A stretch of 64,000 nucleotides of DNA. Source: an uncultured Pseudomonadota bacterium (GTDB taxonomy: Bacteria; JAMCPX01). The position numbers and the translations under genes are program-made. The stretch spans positions 4,111-68,110 of the forward strand of contig CAZJPN010000036.1 of assembly GCA_964547905.1 (NCBI GenBank), written 5' to 3'. The first letter of the stretch is position 1. Every line of letters starts with the position of its first letter. Below the pieces are notes generated by a model. The model did no database searches. It worked only from the letters and a program-made list of their open reading frames with translations, and was not told the origin of the DNA. Below, in pieces: positions 36,639 to 47,164 of the stretch.

Positions 36639-37598
36639 TTATGTGCAGAGCAGACCCATGATATTAATAAGGTCCTTGTTGATCGGTTTTACCTTGCTGA
36701 CTGCCTCCTCAAAAGGCGTAAACGTGATTTCATCTTTGACCAGCCCTACCATCTTCCCGCTGCCGCCGTTTTTTAGAAAATCTACCGCATGATAGCCGAA
36801 TCTTGATGCAAGCAGGCGGTCAAACACGCTCGGTGATCCTCCTCTCTGAATATGCCCGAGGACTGTTACCCTTGTTTCAAACCCTATCTCATCTCTGAGG
36901 TCTTTCTCTATCTGGAAAGCACTTGTTGCGCCCTCTGCAACAATGATAATACTGTTTGTCCGTTTCTGTTCATACCGTTTTCTCAGCCCCTCTGCCACGG
37001 CTTTTATATTGTAAGGTACCTCCGGGACAATTGCGAATTCAGCACCGCTTGCCATTGCTGACATTAATGCAAGATAGCCGGATTCCCTTCCCATCACCTC
37101 TATAATAAAAGCCCTTTCATGGGATGAAGCAGTGTCCTTTATCTTATCAATGGCCTGAACAATGGTATTCAATGCCGTATCAACACCGATTGCCATATCG
37201 GTTCCGTAAAGGTCATTATCGATGGAGCCGGGGATCCCGACTGTTTTTACACCCATCTTGTGCAGCCTCAGAGCTCCTGTCAGGGAACCATTTCCCCCGA
37301 TTATTATAAGCGCATCAATATTGTGCTTGGTGAGCATATTTACGGCCTTTTGCCTGCCTTCTTCTCGCAGGAATTCCTTTGATCGCGCAGTCTGGAGTAT
37401 TGTCCCGCCGAACTGCATGACACCGCTTACACTCCTGGAGTCAAGAACACGAATTTCTTCGTTGATCAGGCCTGAATAGCCCCTGAGTATACCTACGACA
37501 TCCCAACCCAGAGAAATTGCCGTTCTTACGGCTGCTCTTATGGCCGAATTCATGCCGGGTGAATCCCCGCCGCTTGTCAGAATTCCGATCTTTTTCAT
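36639..37598 (-). CDS. pfkA: ATP-dependent 6-phosphofructokinase
   Basis: MKKIGILTSGGDSPGMNSAIRA. An AAGGAG SD lies 9 nt upstream of this Met. The ORF is open to 37607. Confidence 0.93.
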   Translation of the reverse strand: MKKIGILTSGGDSPGMNSAIRAAVRTAISLGWDVVGILRGYSGLINEEIRVLDSRSVSGVMQFGGTILQTARSKEFLREEGRQKAVNMLTKHNIDALIIIGGNGSLTGALRLHKMGVKTVGIPGSIDNDLYGTDMAIGVDTALNTIVQAIDKIKDTASSHERAFIIEVMGRESGYLALMSAMASGAEFAIVPEVPYNIKAVAEGLRKRYEQKRTNSIIIVAEGATSAFQIEKDLRDEIGFETRVTVLGHIQRGGSPSVFDRLLASRFGYHAVDFLKNGGSGKMVGLVKDEITFTPFEEAVSKVKPINKDLINIMGLLCT

Positions 37599-37678
37599 AG
37601 ATAACATCTCCTTCTCTTCGTTTCTACTTTATATCCAGGCGTTTTACAAGCAATCCGGTTATTGAATTTTCTCTTTAG

Positions 37679-37747
37679 CCCCGTTGGAAAGTTGATATAC
37701 AATGTGTTTGGGCGGAAATAGATGCTCCACAACATTTTCTAACGGGG
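37679..37747. repeat. Copy of the dispersed inverted-repeat element
   Basis: CCCCGTTGGAAAG ... TTTTCTAACGGGG termini, 69 bp, directly abutting TTGACA. Confidence 0.65.
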
Positions 37748-37775
37748 TTGACAATTATCGGATTTTTTTTATATT
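37748..37775 (+). promoter_or_regulatory. Candidate sigma-70 promoter giving a leaderless or near-leaderless HAD-gene transcript
   Basis: TTGACA (37748-37753), 16-nt spacer, TATATT (37770-37775). The ATG is at 37784 with no SD. Confidence 0.45.
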
Positions 37776-37783
37776 GTTTATTC

Positions 37784-38524
37784 ATGTATGATTTAGAGGA
37801 ACTGAAAATATCTTTAAAAGATGTAGAAATTATAGCGACTGATGTGGATGATACGCTTACGATAAGTGGTATTCTTACATCGGATGTTATAAAGGCTATT
37901 GAATATTTAAACAATGCGGGCAAGAAGGTTATACTTGTTACAGGAAGATCCGGAGGTGCATGTACCACACTTTCACAGTATCTTCCGGTTGAAATGGTTA
38001 TTGCCGAGAACGGCGGGGTTGTTATAAAAGATCATGATATAAAAACCATTGACCTTCCGGCAAATCATACCGCAATGCTGCACAAATGTTTCGACAGTAT
38101 ACATAAAATGTTTCCACATATAAAACAGGCTCAGGATAATCCCTTCAGGCTTACCGACTTATCAATGGATAACCATTCGATCCAAGAATTGGATATAAAC
38201 AACATAAAAAATATTGCAGTGTCTTATGGATTTACGATAGTCGTAAGTTCCGTACAAACACATATACTTTCGCCTCTATGCAGCAAGGGGGGCACACTAA
38301 AATCAATAGTCAATGATAGGAAAACAGTTACTATAGGAGATTCTGCCAATGATGAATCTATGTTTGACCCGGAGTTGTTTCCGTTGTCTGTCGGTGTCGC
38401 AAATATTAAGGATTATTTCGGTATGATAAAATATAAACCACGGTGGATCATGTCAAAAAAGCAAGGATATGGTTTCATTGAGTTTGTAGACATCTTAAAA
38501 TCAATAAATTATTTAAATACTTGA
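37784..38524 (+). CDS. HAD-IIB family sugar-phosphate phosphatase
   Basis: IATDVDDTLT (motif I), VTGRS, GDSANDESMF (motif IV). The ORF-track TTG start at 37748 is the -35 box itself. Confidence 0.75.
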   Translation: MYDLEELKISLKDVEIIATDVDDTLTISGILTSDVIKAIEYLNNAGKKVILVTGRSGGACTTLSQYLPVEMVIAENGGVVIKDHDIKTIDLPANHTAMLHKCFDSIHKMFPHIKQAQDNPFRLTDLSMDNHSIQELDINNIKNIAVSYGFTIVVSSVQTHILSPLCSKGGTLKSIVNDRKTVTIGDSANDESMFDPELFPLSVGVANIKDYFGMIKYKPRWIMSKKQGYGFIEFVDILKSINYLNT

Positions 38525-38575
38525 CATTTAAAATCTAATATTATAACCATAAAATATATTTAATGGAGGGAGAGC

Positions 38576-39808
38576 ATGAAACACTCAATATTTTTGACGA
38601 TAATGGTTAGTTTGTTGTTAGCTGGTAATGTGTTGGCAGCTATGCCATCGGATAGTGGAGGGAGTGGGCTTATTGTTACGAGGACCCCTGATGTTTTGTC
38701 AAGAAATGCATGGAATGTCAGTGCTTTTTTCGGCTACACAGCGCATTATACTCCGTCAGATTATGGGTATCCAGCAGGTTACAATAGGGATTGGGCTGAC
38801 ACAAACGTATCAGGCATATTTAACTATGGGTTTTTGGATAATTTGGAGGGTGGTATTGTATTTCCTGTAGATATTAGTGGAGGGCCGAAGTTAGAAAGCG
38901 GCATACAAAACGTAGATGTACTTGGTAAGTACAGATTTTTAAACGGGGAAACGACGCCAATCTCTTTAGCTGCGACATTAGTAGTAGGGATCCCTTCTGC
39001 AAGCACAGGTAGTGTTCTTGGTAGTGGTGATACGAATGTTGGTATAGAGGCTGATTTTGGATACAGAATAGCTGGAAGCGAAAGAAATATGCTCTATTGG
39101 GATGTGGGATTTAAACAGGGTGATTATTTTGACAAGGCACAGCCAGCGAAAGGATATCAGTATGTTCCGATAATTCTAGCGTCATTAAGTTATGAGTACG
39201 CTATTCTGCTTGAAAAAGCATACATCAGTGTAGAATTCGTTGGACAGGCTGCCAATCCCGGTACAAGTTCTGGCTCTACAGATATTCTTCCCGGAGATGA
39301 AGACCTTTACGGATTAGTGGGAATCAGATATCTTCCGACAAGGTTTATAGCTTTGACGCTTGGTGGGGGAGGAGGGTTGCCCGACCCTGTCCGAACAGAT
39401 ACCAATTATCTTGCCACAATAGGTGTTTCTTATTTATTTAACCAAACTAAAAGCGAAGCGAGTGGATTCGTATATCAAAAGGCATCCTTACCGAAGCCTG
39501 AGAAGCCGGCTGGTATGGCGACTGAACCAAAAATTGTTGTTGTGAATGGTTGCTCCTCAGGGGATAAATCCCAATTCTTTGCACAAAAAATAAAATCATC
39601 CGGTTTTAATGTCATAGAAGTGGGCAGAGCTCCTACACTTAATTATAATGACTCTGTTGTTATATTTAGCGACCCATATTACAGCCAGGCAGTGAATATT
39701 TTACGCTTGATTCCCGGGAGTGAAAAATTGGCAAAATCAAAAGTAAAAAATCCTGCTTATGATATATATGTTGTAATAGGATGCAGTGGTGTTGCAAACG
39801 CAAAATAA
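38576..39808 (+). CDS. Secreted/outer-membrane protein with a C-terminal LytR_C-like domain
   Basis: Signal peptide MKHSIFLTIMVSLLLAGNVLAA. The N-terminal part is Gly/Tyr-rich and beta-barrel-like. The C-terminus KIVVVNGCSSGDKSQFFAQKIKSSGFNVIEVGRAP...VVIFSD fits LytR_C. Confidence 0.55.
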   Translation: MKHSIFLTIMVSLLLAGNVLAAMPSDSGGSGLIVTRTPDVLSRNAWNVSAFFGYTAHYTPSDYGYPAGYNRDWADTNVSGIFNYGFLDNLEGGIVFPVDISGGPKLESGIQNVDVLGKYRFLNGETTPISLAATLVVGIPSASTGSVLGSGDTNVGIEADFGYRIAGSERNMLYWDVGFKQGDYFDKAQPAKGYQYVPIILASLSYEYAILLEKAYISVEFVGQAANPGTSSGSTDILPGDEDLYGLVGIRYLPTRFIALTLGGGGGLPDPVRTDTNYLATIGVSYLFNQTKSEASGFVYQKASLPKPEKPAGMATEPKIVVVNGCSSGDKSQFFAQKIKSSGFNVIEVGRAPTLNYNDSVVIFSDPYYSQAVNILRLIPGSEKLAKSKVKNPAYDIYVVIGCSGVANAK

Positions 39809-39961
39809 ATAATATATAAGAAAAAGAAACAGCAAGAGAAAAAACTTTACTTTTAAAAAATATTGTTTACAATATACTTTAACAAATAAAGGCGGAAAGC
39901 CTTTTAACCGAAAGTAAATGTTACAACCTTGTAAAAACATTATGTAAGAAGGTAGATACAA

Positions 39962-41221
39962 TTGAATCTAAAAGAACTCAAAACAAAATCCATAGCGGAA
40001 CTTGCCAACATAGCTAAGGAACTAAATGTAGAAAATGCAATGAGTATGCGCAGGCAGGAGCTTATATTCGGCATACTTAAGGCCCAAAGTGCTAACAACG
40101 GTATTATATATGGGGAAGGCGTACTTGAAATACTTCCCGATGGATACGGATTTTTAAGATCCTCGGATTATAATTATTTGCCGGGTCCTGATGATATATA
40201 TGTCTCGCCATCCCAGATAAGAAAGTTTGGTATCAGAACGGGTGATGTAGTAACAGGGCAGATAAGACAACCCAAGGAAGGGGAAAAATATTTTGCACTT
40301 GTAAAGGTCGAAAGTATAAACAATGATGATCCCGAGGTTGCAAGAAACAAGATCCTTTTTGATAACCTTACCCCGCTTTATCCGGAAGAAAAATTTAAGC
40401 TTGAATACAACCATTCCGAGCTTTCGACGAGGATTATAGATCTTCTTGCTCCAATAGGAAAGGGCCAGCGTGGGCTTATAGTAGCACAGCCAAGAACGGG
40501 TAAAACTATTCTTTTACAGCACATAGCAAACGCTATTATCAAAAATCACCCCGAGGTTCATCTCATAGTACTCCTGATAGATGAAAGACCCGAAGAGGTT
40601 ACGGACATGCAGAGGTCTGTTAAAGGTGAAGTTATAAGTTCTACTTTTGATGAGCCTGCACAAAGGCATGTTCAGGTTGCTGATATGGTTCTTGAAAAAG
40701 CAAAGAGGCTTGTAGAACACGGCCGTGATGTTGTTATACTGCTTGACAGTATAACCAGACTTGCGAGAGCACATAATACAATCGTTCCCGCAAGTGGCAA
40801 GGTTTTGTCTGGCGGTGTAGATGCGAATGCACTCCAGAGACCAAAGAGGTTTTTTGGTGCAGCAAGAAATATAGAAGAGGGCGGCAGTCTTACTATTATG
40901 GCGACAGCACTTATAGATACAGGTAGCCGCATGGACGAGGTAATTTTCGAGGAGTTCAAAGGTACGGGTAATATGGAGATCGTTCTGGATAGGAGGCTCG
41001 CCGATAAAAGAGTTTTCCCTGCGATGGATATAAGCAAATCCGGAACAAGAAAGGAAGAACTTTTAATAGATAAAAATGTTATCAATAAACTGTGGGTGTT
41101 GAGAAAAGTCCTGCAGCCTATGGGCGTTGTGGAAGCCATGGAGTTCTTGATAGATAAGATGACAAAAACAAAAACGAATAAAGATTTCCTTGACTCAATG
41201 AACAAAGTTGATCTTGATTAG
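39962..41221 (+). CDS. rho: Transcription termination factor Rho
   Basis: TTG start. [22 protein letters not shown]-loop PRTGKT. 419 aa. Confidence 0.95.
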   Translation: MNLKELKTKSIAELANIAKELNVENAMSMRRQELIFGILKAQSANNGIIYGEGVLEILPDGYGFLRSSDYNYLPGPDDIYVSPSQIRKFGIRTGDVVTGQIRQPKEGEKYFALVKVESINNDDPEVARNKILFDNLTPLYPEEKFKLEYNHSELSTRIIDLLAPIGKGQRGLIVAQPRTGKTILLQHIANAIIKNHPEVHLIVLLIDERPEEVTDMQRSVKGEVISSTFDEPAQRHVQVADMVLEKAKRLVEHGRDVVILLDSITRLARAHNTIVPASGKVLSGGVDANALQRPKRFFGAARNIEEGGSLTIMATALIDTGSRMDEVIFEEFKGTGNMEIVLDRRLADKRVFPAMDISKSGTRKEELLIDKNVINKLWVLRKVLQPMGVVEAMEFLIDKMTKTKTNKDFLDSMNKVDLD

Positions 41222-41236
41222 AAAACCGGAGGTAAA

Positions 41237-41464
41237 ATGAAAAAAGGTATACATCCTAACTATGTAAAAGCTATGATAAAATGTGCATGTGGAAATGTCA
41301 TAGAAACACGATCGACAAAGGGCGATTATACAGTGGAGATCTGCTCGAACTGTCATCCGTTCTTTACTGGCAAACAAAAATTTGTTGATTCTGCAGGTAT
41401 GGTCGAGAAGTTCCAAAGGAAGTACAGCAAAAAGGCCGACAAAAAAGTATCGAAAATAAACTAA
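41237..41464 (+). CDS. rpmE: 50S ribosomal protein L31
   Basis: MKKGIHPNY...[12 protein letters not shown]. Confidence 0.95.
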   Translation: MKKGIHPNYVKAMIKCACGNVIETRSTKGDYTVEICSNCHPFFTGKQKFVDSAGMVEKFQRKYSKKADKKVSKIN

Positions 41465-41661
41465 GCCATATCCTCGTATAAATAAGGCATGATTCCGGGT
41501 AATAAGGTATATGGCTATTGGAAAGCTTAAACTTGCAAGATCAACAGAACCCGCGATTTTCGAGAGATCAAACCCGGCCCGCATCATTGTTTTATTGAGA
41601 ACGAGTTATTTTTTCTGCGGCAAATTAAAAGGAATCATACCCTTTTACAAAGGCTTGTAAC

Positions 41662-42735
41662 ATGTTTGAAAATATCGAAAAGGTTTTACAGCGTTATAAT
41701 CAGCTCAGCTCTTTATTAACCGAACCGGAAGTTTTTAATGATCCGAAAGCATACACCAGATATATCAAAGAAAAAAACGAGATAGAACCTCTTGCATTAA
41801 CTTATCAAGCATACAAAGAATTAGAAAAGAGTATAGAATCTACAAAACAATTACTCAATACAGGCGAAGATGACATAAAACTCCTTGCAAAGGAAGAACT
41901 GCAATCTTTAGAGAAACAGAAAGAGTCGGTTGAGAATAAGCTCAAAGAACTGATCCTGCCCAATGACCCTCTGGATTCTAAAAATGTATTGCTCGAAATA
42001 CGTGCAGGTGCCGGTGGTGAAGAGTCCGCTCTTTTTGCAGGGGATTTATTAAAAATGTATCTGAAGTATGCAGAGAAGAAAAAATGGCGTACAGAGATTT
42101 TAAGCGAGAATATAACCGGTATGGGTGGGTATAAAGAAATTATTGTGCTTATAGAGGGAGAAAGGGTTTACAGTAGATTGAAATTCGAAAGCGGCGTTCA
42201 TAGGGTTCAAAGGGTTCCTAAAACAGAAGCAAGCGGACGGGTACACACATCAACTGCAACGGTTGCAATACTACCGGAGGCCGATGATGTGGAAATCGAT
42301 GTTAAAGCGGATGATTTGAGAATAGATACATTCAGGGCTGGAGGTCATGGGGGGCAGAATGTTAATAAACTCGAAACAGCCATAAGAATAACACATATAC
42401 CCACAGGCATGGTTGTTGTATGTCAGGATGAACGTTCTCAGTACCAGAACAGGATAAAGGCAATGAAAATAATAAAATCGCGGTTGCTGACCATGAATAT
42501 AGAAAAACAGACATCTGAAAGAGCACTGGATAGAAAGAATCAGGTTGGTACGGGGGATCGCAGTGAAAAGATTAGAACATATAATTTTCCTCAAAACAGG
42601 ATCACAGATCACAGAATCAACTATACAGTTTATGCGTTAAACTCGGTTCTATCAGGAGAAATTGATGAATTTATAGACGCACTTACCGCCTTCTACAGGG
42701 CAAATGAGCTTGCCAACGCAATCTCTTCAAAATGA
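41662..42735 (+). CDS. prfA: Peptide chain release factor 1
   Basis: Has the PKTEASGRVHTS region (RF1 tripeptide slot) and GGHGGQNVNK (GGQ). Confidence 0.95.
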   Translation: MFENIEKVLQRYNQLSSLLTEPEVFNDPKAYTRYIKEKNEIEPLALTYQAYKELEKSIESTKQLLNTGEDDIKLLAKEELQSLEKQKESVENKLKELILPNDPLDSKNVLLEIRAGAGGEESALFAGDLLKMYLKYAEKKKWRTEILSENITGMGGYKEIIVLIEGERVYSRLKFESGVHRVQRVPKTEASGRVHTSTATVAILPEADDVEIDVKADDLRIDTFRAGGHGGQNVNKLETAIRITHIPTGMVVVCQDERSQYQNRIKAMKIIKSRLLTMNIEKQTSERALDRKNQVGTGDRSEKIRTYNFPQNRITDHRINYTVYALNSVLSGEIDEFIDALTAFYRANELANAISSK

Positions 42736-42738
42736 AGT

Positions 42739-43593
42739 ATGCCTCAGCTGAATGACATATATGAATGGATAAAAACTTACACACGTGTTAAAAATATCCG
42801 CATCGCTTTATCAGAAACAAATATTATAATCTCAAGCATAATAGGCATACCAAGAGAACATCTGCTCATACATAAGGATATTGTTTTATCAAACAGTTAT
42901 GTTAGAAAGATCAAAAAGGCCATAAAAAAACGCAGTATCCATTATCCGCTGCAATACATCATCGGTTCTGTAGAATTTATGGGAATCGATTTTCTTATCA
43001 CCCCGGGTGTATTAATTCCAAGGCCTGAAACAGAATTGCTTGTGGAGACGGTTTTAAAGTATATAGCAGAGCTTAAATACAAGACTATTCTTGACCTCTG
43101 TTGCGGTAGCGGGGTTGTAGGATTAAGCATAGCAAGTATAGATAAAAACACATTTGTAAGTTTGAGTGATAGTTCCGTGAGGGCTATAAACCTGACAAGT
43201 AAAAACAGCGGCAGACTTGGTCTTACAGGTAAGATAAACCTTTATAAAGGGGATTTGTTTTCTAAAATACCTTTATCGTCAAAATTCGATCTGATTGTCT
43301 CAAACCCGCCATATGTCCCGCACACCAGGATGCGGCATTTACAAAAGGAAGTATTGTATGAGCCTGTAAAAGCGATAGACGGCGGAGAAAAGGGTTTAGA
43401 GATTATCAAAAAGATTATTCAACAAGCAGGCAAATTTTTAAACGAGGATGGTATGCTTATGATAGAGCATGATGACACACATAAGAAATATCTGGAAACA
43501 ATATGTACGGACGCAGATCAAGGTACACTGAAGTACATCAAAACAATCAACGATCTCTCCGGCCTTCCACGCTTGAGCCTGTTTTCCCATTGA
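42739..43593 (+). CDS. prmC: Release-factor glutamine methyltransferase
   Basis: DLCCGSG SAM motif and NPPY. Confidence 0.9.
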   Translation: MPQLNDIYEWIKTYTRVKNIRIALSETNIIISSIIGIPREHLLIHKDIVLSNSYVRKIKKAIKKRSIHYPLQYIIGSVEFMGIDFLITPGVLIPRPETELLVETVLKYIAELKYKTILDLCCGSGVVGLSIASIDKNTFVSLSDSSVRAINLTSKNSGRLGLTGKINLYKGDLFSKIPLSSKFDLIVSNPPYVPHTRMRHLQKEVLYEPVKAIDGGEKGLEIIKKIIQQAGKFLNEDGMLMIEHDDTHKKYLETICTDADQGTLKYIKTINDLSGLPRLSLFSH

Positions 43594-43693
43594 TTCGATC
43601 AGAGGAGGAGCGATTCTAAACGATTTTTTGCATGACATTTTCCAATACATTTTTTGAGTTTAATTGACTTTTCATATTTCCTACCATAGGAAA

Positions 43694-43764
43694 CTTTGTT
43701 AGAAAGAAAGAGTTTAAAAACTATCTATTATCCCCATCGTAAATGCCGGGGCTTTCTAACGGGG
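43694..43764. repeat. Copy of the dispersed inverted-repeat element (degenerate left end)
   Basis: ctttGTTAGAAAG ... CTTTCTAACGGGGTAAAAA. The right end is identical over 19 nt to the copy at 52751. Confidence 0.5.
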
Positions 43765-43812
43765 TAAAAAATTATATGTGTATGCTGTTGTTGAAAGTGG
43801 AGGGCAATAACA

Positions 43813-46800
43813 TTGCAAACAAATTCTCTTGCAAAGCTGCAAAGTCCTTCGGTGGGAACTGTTGTTTTCAGGAAGAGGCTGTTTCAGAAGCTTGATCAAG
43901 CAAGGAAGAAAAGGATTATCTGGATTACAGGACAGCCAGGCTCAGGTAAAACAACTCTTGTTGCAAGTTATGTATCGGCACACAAACTTCCCCACGCATG
44001 GTATCATATAGACGGTTCTGATGCAGACCTTGCGACCTTTTTCTATTACCTGAGATATGTAGTTAAGAAAATAACACCTGCAAAACGCTCAAGGCTACCG
44101 CTTTTGACTCCTGAGTATCTTGCCGATGTCACAACATATACGCGTAGATATTTTGAGAATCTTTACAGCATGCTGCCCGAAGGTTTTGTTCTTGTGTTTG
44201 ATAATTACCACGAGGTCAATAGTAATCCGCTATTTCACTCTATTATGAATGAGGCATTGATGAGGGTGCCGGAGCACGGGAATGTCGTATTGATCAGCCG
44301 GACAGAACCCCCCGATACATTCTCGCGTCTCAGGGCGAACAATATGATGGAGATTGTCAGTAACGAGATGATCAAGTTTACACCTGAAGAAGCTGGCGAA
44401 CTTATTAGGCTGCGCTGCGGTGAAAACCATACTCTTGAAACGGTCAAAAAACTCCATGATCGGACAGACGGTTGGGCAGCCGGAATCATCCTTATGCTCG
44501 AGCAGAATAAGGAGAGATTCGATGTCGCTTCGCAGGACGGCTTCAAAGACTATCAAGCTATATTCGACTATTTTTCCGCCGAGATTTTTGATCGGTTAGC
44601 GCCGAACATGCAGGATTTTCTTCTGAAGATATGCTTTTTCCCTTTCATCACCGTAGAGATGGCAAACAGGATGACGGACAGAAACACCTCGGAGCGCATA
44701 TTGAACGAGCTGGTAAAGTCCCAGTATTTTACCATCAAACATCAGGATAACACCTATAAATATCACGACCTGTTCAGGGAATTTCTAATGGTGCGAGCAA
44801 AGGTGTATTTCAATGAACCAGAACTTCAGCGTATCTATAAGCAGGCAGCAATGATTCTCAAGGAAAATGGGAAGATTGAAGATGCTGTAGAACTGTTTAA
44901 AAAGTCCGAGAGCGTGGCGGATATTCGGGAGATTATTATAGGGCATGCACAGACATTGATAGCACAGGGCAGGAACAAGATACTTGATGCATGGATAAAA
45001 GCCATCCCCGAGAGGGTATTACATCAGGATCCATGGCTTTTATACTGGCTTGGTGAATCGAGCTCTGTGTTTAATCCTGTTGAAGGTAGGTCATATTTTG
45101 AGAAAGCATTTCAGGGATTTCAAAAAAATGGAACCAATGCTGAAGGAGTTTACCTGGCATGGTGTGGTATTATTGAAACATTCTTCTATGAATTTGGTAA
45201 CTACAAGCATACAGAAAAATGGATTACTACAATGGAAAAAATTATCGCTAACCACCCGAAATTTCCTTCAAAGGAACTTAAAGCGCGCGTATTAAGCTTG
45301 ATTGTTCAGGTACTAACGTTTCAGAAACCAGAACATCCAAAAATTAAAACATGGGCAGAACAGGCATTGTCGCTTTTAGAATATATCAAGGATCCAGACC
45401 TGCGAGTATATTATCTTTCCTATGTAACAAATTATTATTCATGGACAGGCAACATCGTTAAATTTGATTTGCTGATTAATTTAATGAAATCAATAGCAAA
45501 ACCAGAATCCTTATCTATAAGGACAAAGCTGCTTTACCAAATGTTTATGGCTGTACATGCACGCCACCTTTCTTTAAAGGAACCCTGCTTGAATGCCGTG
45601 CACGAAGCCCTTGCTATAGCTGATACGTACGGGGTGCATTATTTTGATCACCTTATCATGGCACAGGCGGTTTATCTCTTATTTGGGACAGGTGATATCA
45701 AAAAAATAGAAGAATTCCTGCATATGATGGGACCCGTGGTTAACCAATCCAGTCTGCTTGAGGTAATACAGTATAATTCCATGCTCGGATGGCTTGATAA
45801 ATTGAACGGCAATACGCAGAATGCAATACAGAAAATTGAGTATTCTTTGAAGCTATCGTTGGCTATGGGTTCACCTTTCCCTGAGGCTCTCATCCGCAGT
45901 GCACTGGCTGAGCTATATTACATGCAAGGTGATTATACGATCGCCGCCAAACATCTTAAGCGTGCATTCTTTCTCGGTAAAAAAATGAGAAGTTATATGC
46001 TCGAATATATGTCTTCTCTTTTAAATATATCTTGGTTTTTTGATAATAATGTTTTTCATAATGAAGAGCACGGGTTAAAGCTTTTACGAAAAACAATGAC
46101 CCTTGGTAAGAAATATAATATCATTCATACTTTTCTGGAAACAAGGCAGATAAGGATACAACTGTGCATGAAAGCATTGGAAAAAGGAATTGAAGTCAAG
46201 TATGTCCATAAGCTTATTAAAAGACTTGAGTTGACACCTGATGCATTCCCCATGAAATACGAGAACTGGCCGTGGGAATTCAAGGTTTATACATTTGGCG
46301 GACTCAAGATCCTAAAGGACGATACAACCATGGCACTGTCAAGAAAGGCCCAGGTCAAGCCTATTGAGCTGTTACAGTTTCTTATTGTCAATAATGACAA
46401 ATCAGTGGCGCTTGATCATATAAGCGGTGCTTTGTGGCCTGAGGCTCAAGGTGATTATGCATACCAGACACTGAATACAACCATACACAGGCTCAGGAAG
46501 ATGCTTGGTTCAAACGATGCCGTTATATTACAGTCAAGGAGGCTTATGCTGAATCCACAAAAATGCTGGGTGGATGTTGCGGCGTATGAATATCTTTTAA
46601 AGAGCATTGAGGGGCTTTTATCCGGCAATAACGAATCTACAAAATTATCTGACAAACAAGAGGAGATCAAAGTTCTGGAACGGCGTATCTTTGACCTCTA
46701 TAAAGGAGATTTTTTTACACAGGAGTCCATACCGTCGTGGGTTATAAGTTTCAGGGATATGCAGCATGACCGATTTATACATTTTGTAGAAATACTTAGC

Positions 46801-47031
46801 GGTTATTATAACGATAGAGAAGATTTTCACCATGCAATCCAAATTTATAAAAAGGGATTAGAAATAGATAATCAGGTAGAATTCTTTTATCAGCAGCTGA
46901 TAATGCTGTATAAATCTTTGGGACGCCGTGCCGAGGCTATTACTATGTATAGACGATGTAAGGTAATCTTATCTCAGACACTTGACATAGAGCTGTCGGA
47001 TAAAACCAAGGAAATATATAGAGACATTTAA
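43813..47031 (+). CDS. STAND (MalT-like) ATPase with a helical-repeat sensor region and a C-terminal SARP module (OmpR-type wHTH plus BTAD)
   Basis: TTG start with a GGAGGG SD. P-loop ITGQPGSGKTT. MalT-like N-terminus. C-terminus FKVYTFGGLKILKDD...KPIELLQFLIV...LNTTIHRLRKMLG...WVDVAAYEYLL... Confidence 0.8.
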   Translation: MQTNSLAKLQSPSVGTVVFRKRLFQKLDQARKKRIIWITGQPGSGKTTLVASYVSAHKLPHAWYHIDGSDADLATFFYYLRYVVKKITPAKRSRLPLLTPEYLADVTTYTRRYFENLYSMLPEGFVLVFDNYHEVNSNPLFHSIMNEALMRVPEHGNVVLISRTEPPDTFSRLRANNMMEIVSNEMIKFTPEEAGELIRLRCGENHTLETVKKLHDRTDGWAAGIILMLEQNKERFDVASQDGFKDYQAIFDYFSAEIFDRLAPNMQDFLLKICFFPFITVEMANRMTDRNTSERILNELVKSQYFTIKHQDNTYKYHDLFREFLMVRAKVYFNEPELQRIYKQAAMILKENGKIEDAVELFKKSESVADIREIIIGHAQTLIAQGRNKILDAWIKAIPERVLHQDPWLLYWLGESSSVFNPVEGRSYFEKAFQGFQKNGTNAEGVYLAWCGIIETFFYEFGNYKHTEKWITTMEKIIANHPKFPSKELKARVLSLIVQVLTFQKPEHPKIKTWAEQALSLLEYIKDPDLRVYYLSYVTNYYSWTGNIVKFDLLINLMKSIAKPESLSIRTKLLYQMFMAVHARHLSLKEPCLNAVHEALAIADTYGVHYFDHLIMAQAVYLLFGTGDIKKIEEFLHMMGPVVNQSSLLEVIQYNSMLGWLDKLNGNTQNAIQKIEYSLKLSLAMGSPFPEALIRSALAELYYMQGDYTIAAKHLKRAFFLGKKMRSYMLEYMSSLLNISWFFDNNVFHNEEHGLKLLRKTMTLGKKYNIIHTFLETRQIRIQLCMKALEKGIEVKYVHKLIKRLELTPDAFPMKYENWPWEFKVYTFGGLKILKDDTTMALSRKAQVKPIELLQFLIVNNDKSVALDHISGALWPEAQGDYAYQTLNTTIHRLRKMLGSNDAVILQSRRLMLNPQKCWVDVAAYEYLLKSIEGLLSGNNESTKLSDKQEEIKVLERRIFDLYKGDFFTQESIPSWVISFRDMQHDRFIHFVEILSGYYNDREDFHHAIQIYKKGLEIDNQVEFFYQQLIMLYKSLGRRAEAITMYRRCKVILSQTLDIELSDKTKEIYRDI

Positions 47032-47123
47032 TCCTGCATATCGATAAATTGATTGGTAGGGGAGAATTTAACCCACGCCTCTACTAAAAACTACGCTACC
47101 GCCCGTTTTGTTATTTCATGCAA

Positions 47124-47152
47124 TTGACATGCATACGGTTTAAATGTAATAT
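47124..47152 (+). promoter_or_regulatory. Near-consensus sigma-70 promoter upstream of the kinase gene
   Basis: TTGACA (47124-47129), 17-nt spacer, TAATAT (47147-47152). The ATG at 47165 lies only about 5 nt after the predicted TSS, with no SD. Confidence 0.55.
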
Positions 47153-47164
47153 AGTAACCATGCC

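Noticed and set aside
37748-37783. TTG start of the HAD-gene ORF as given in the ORF track
   Set aside because: That TTG is the TTGACA -35 hexamer itself. The ATG at 37784 precedes the conserved DVDDTLT motif at a normal distance.
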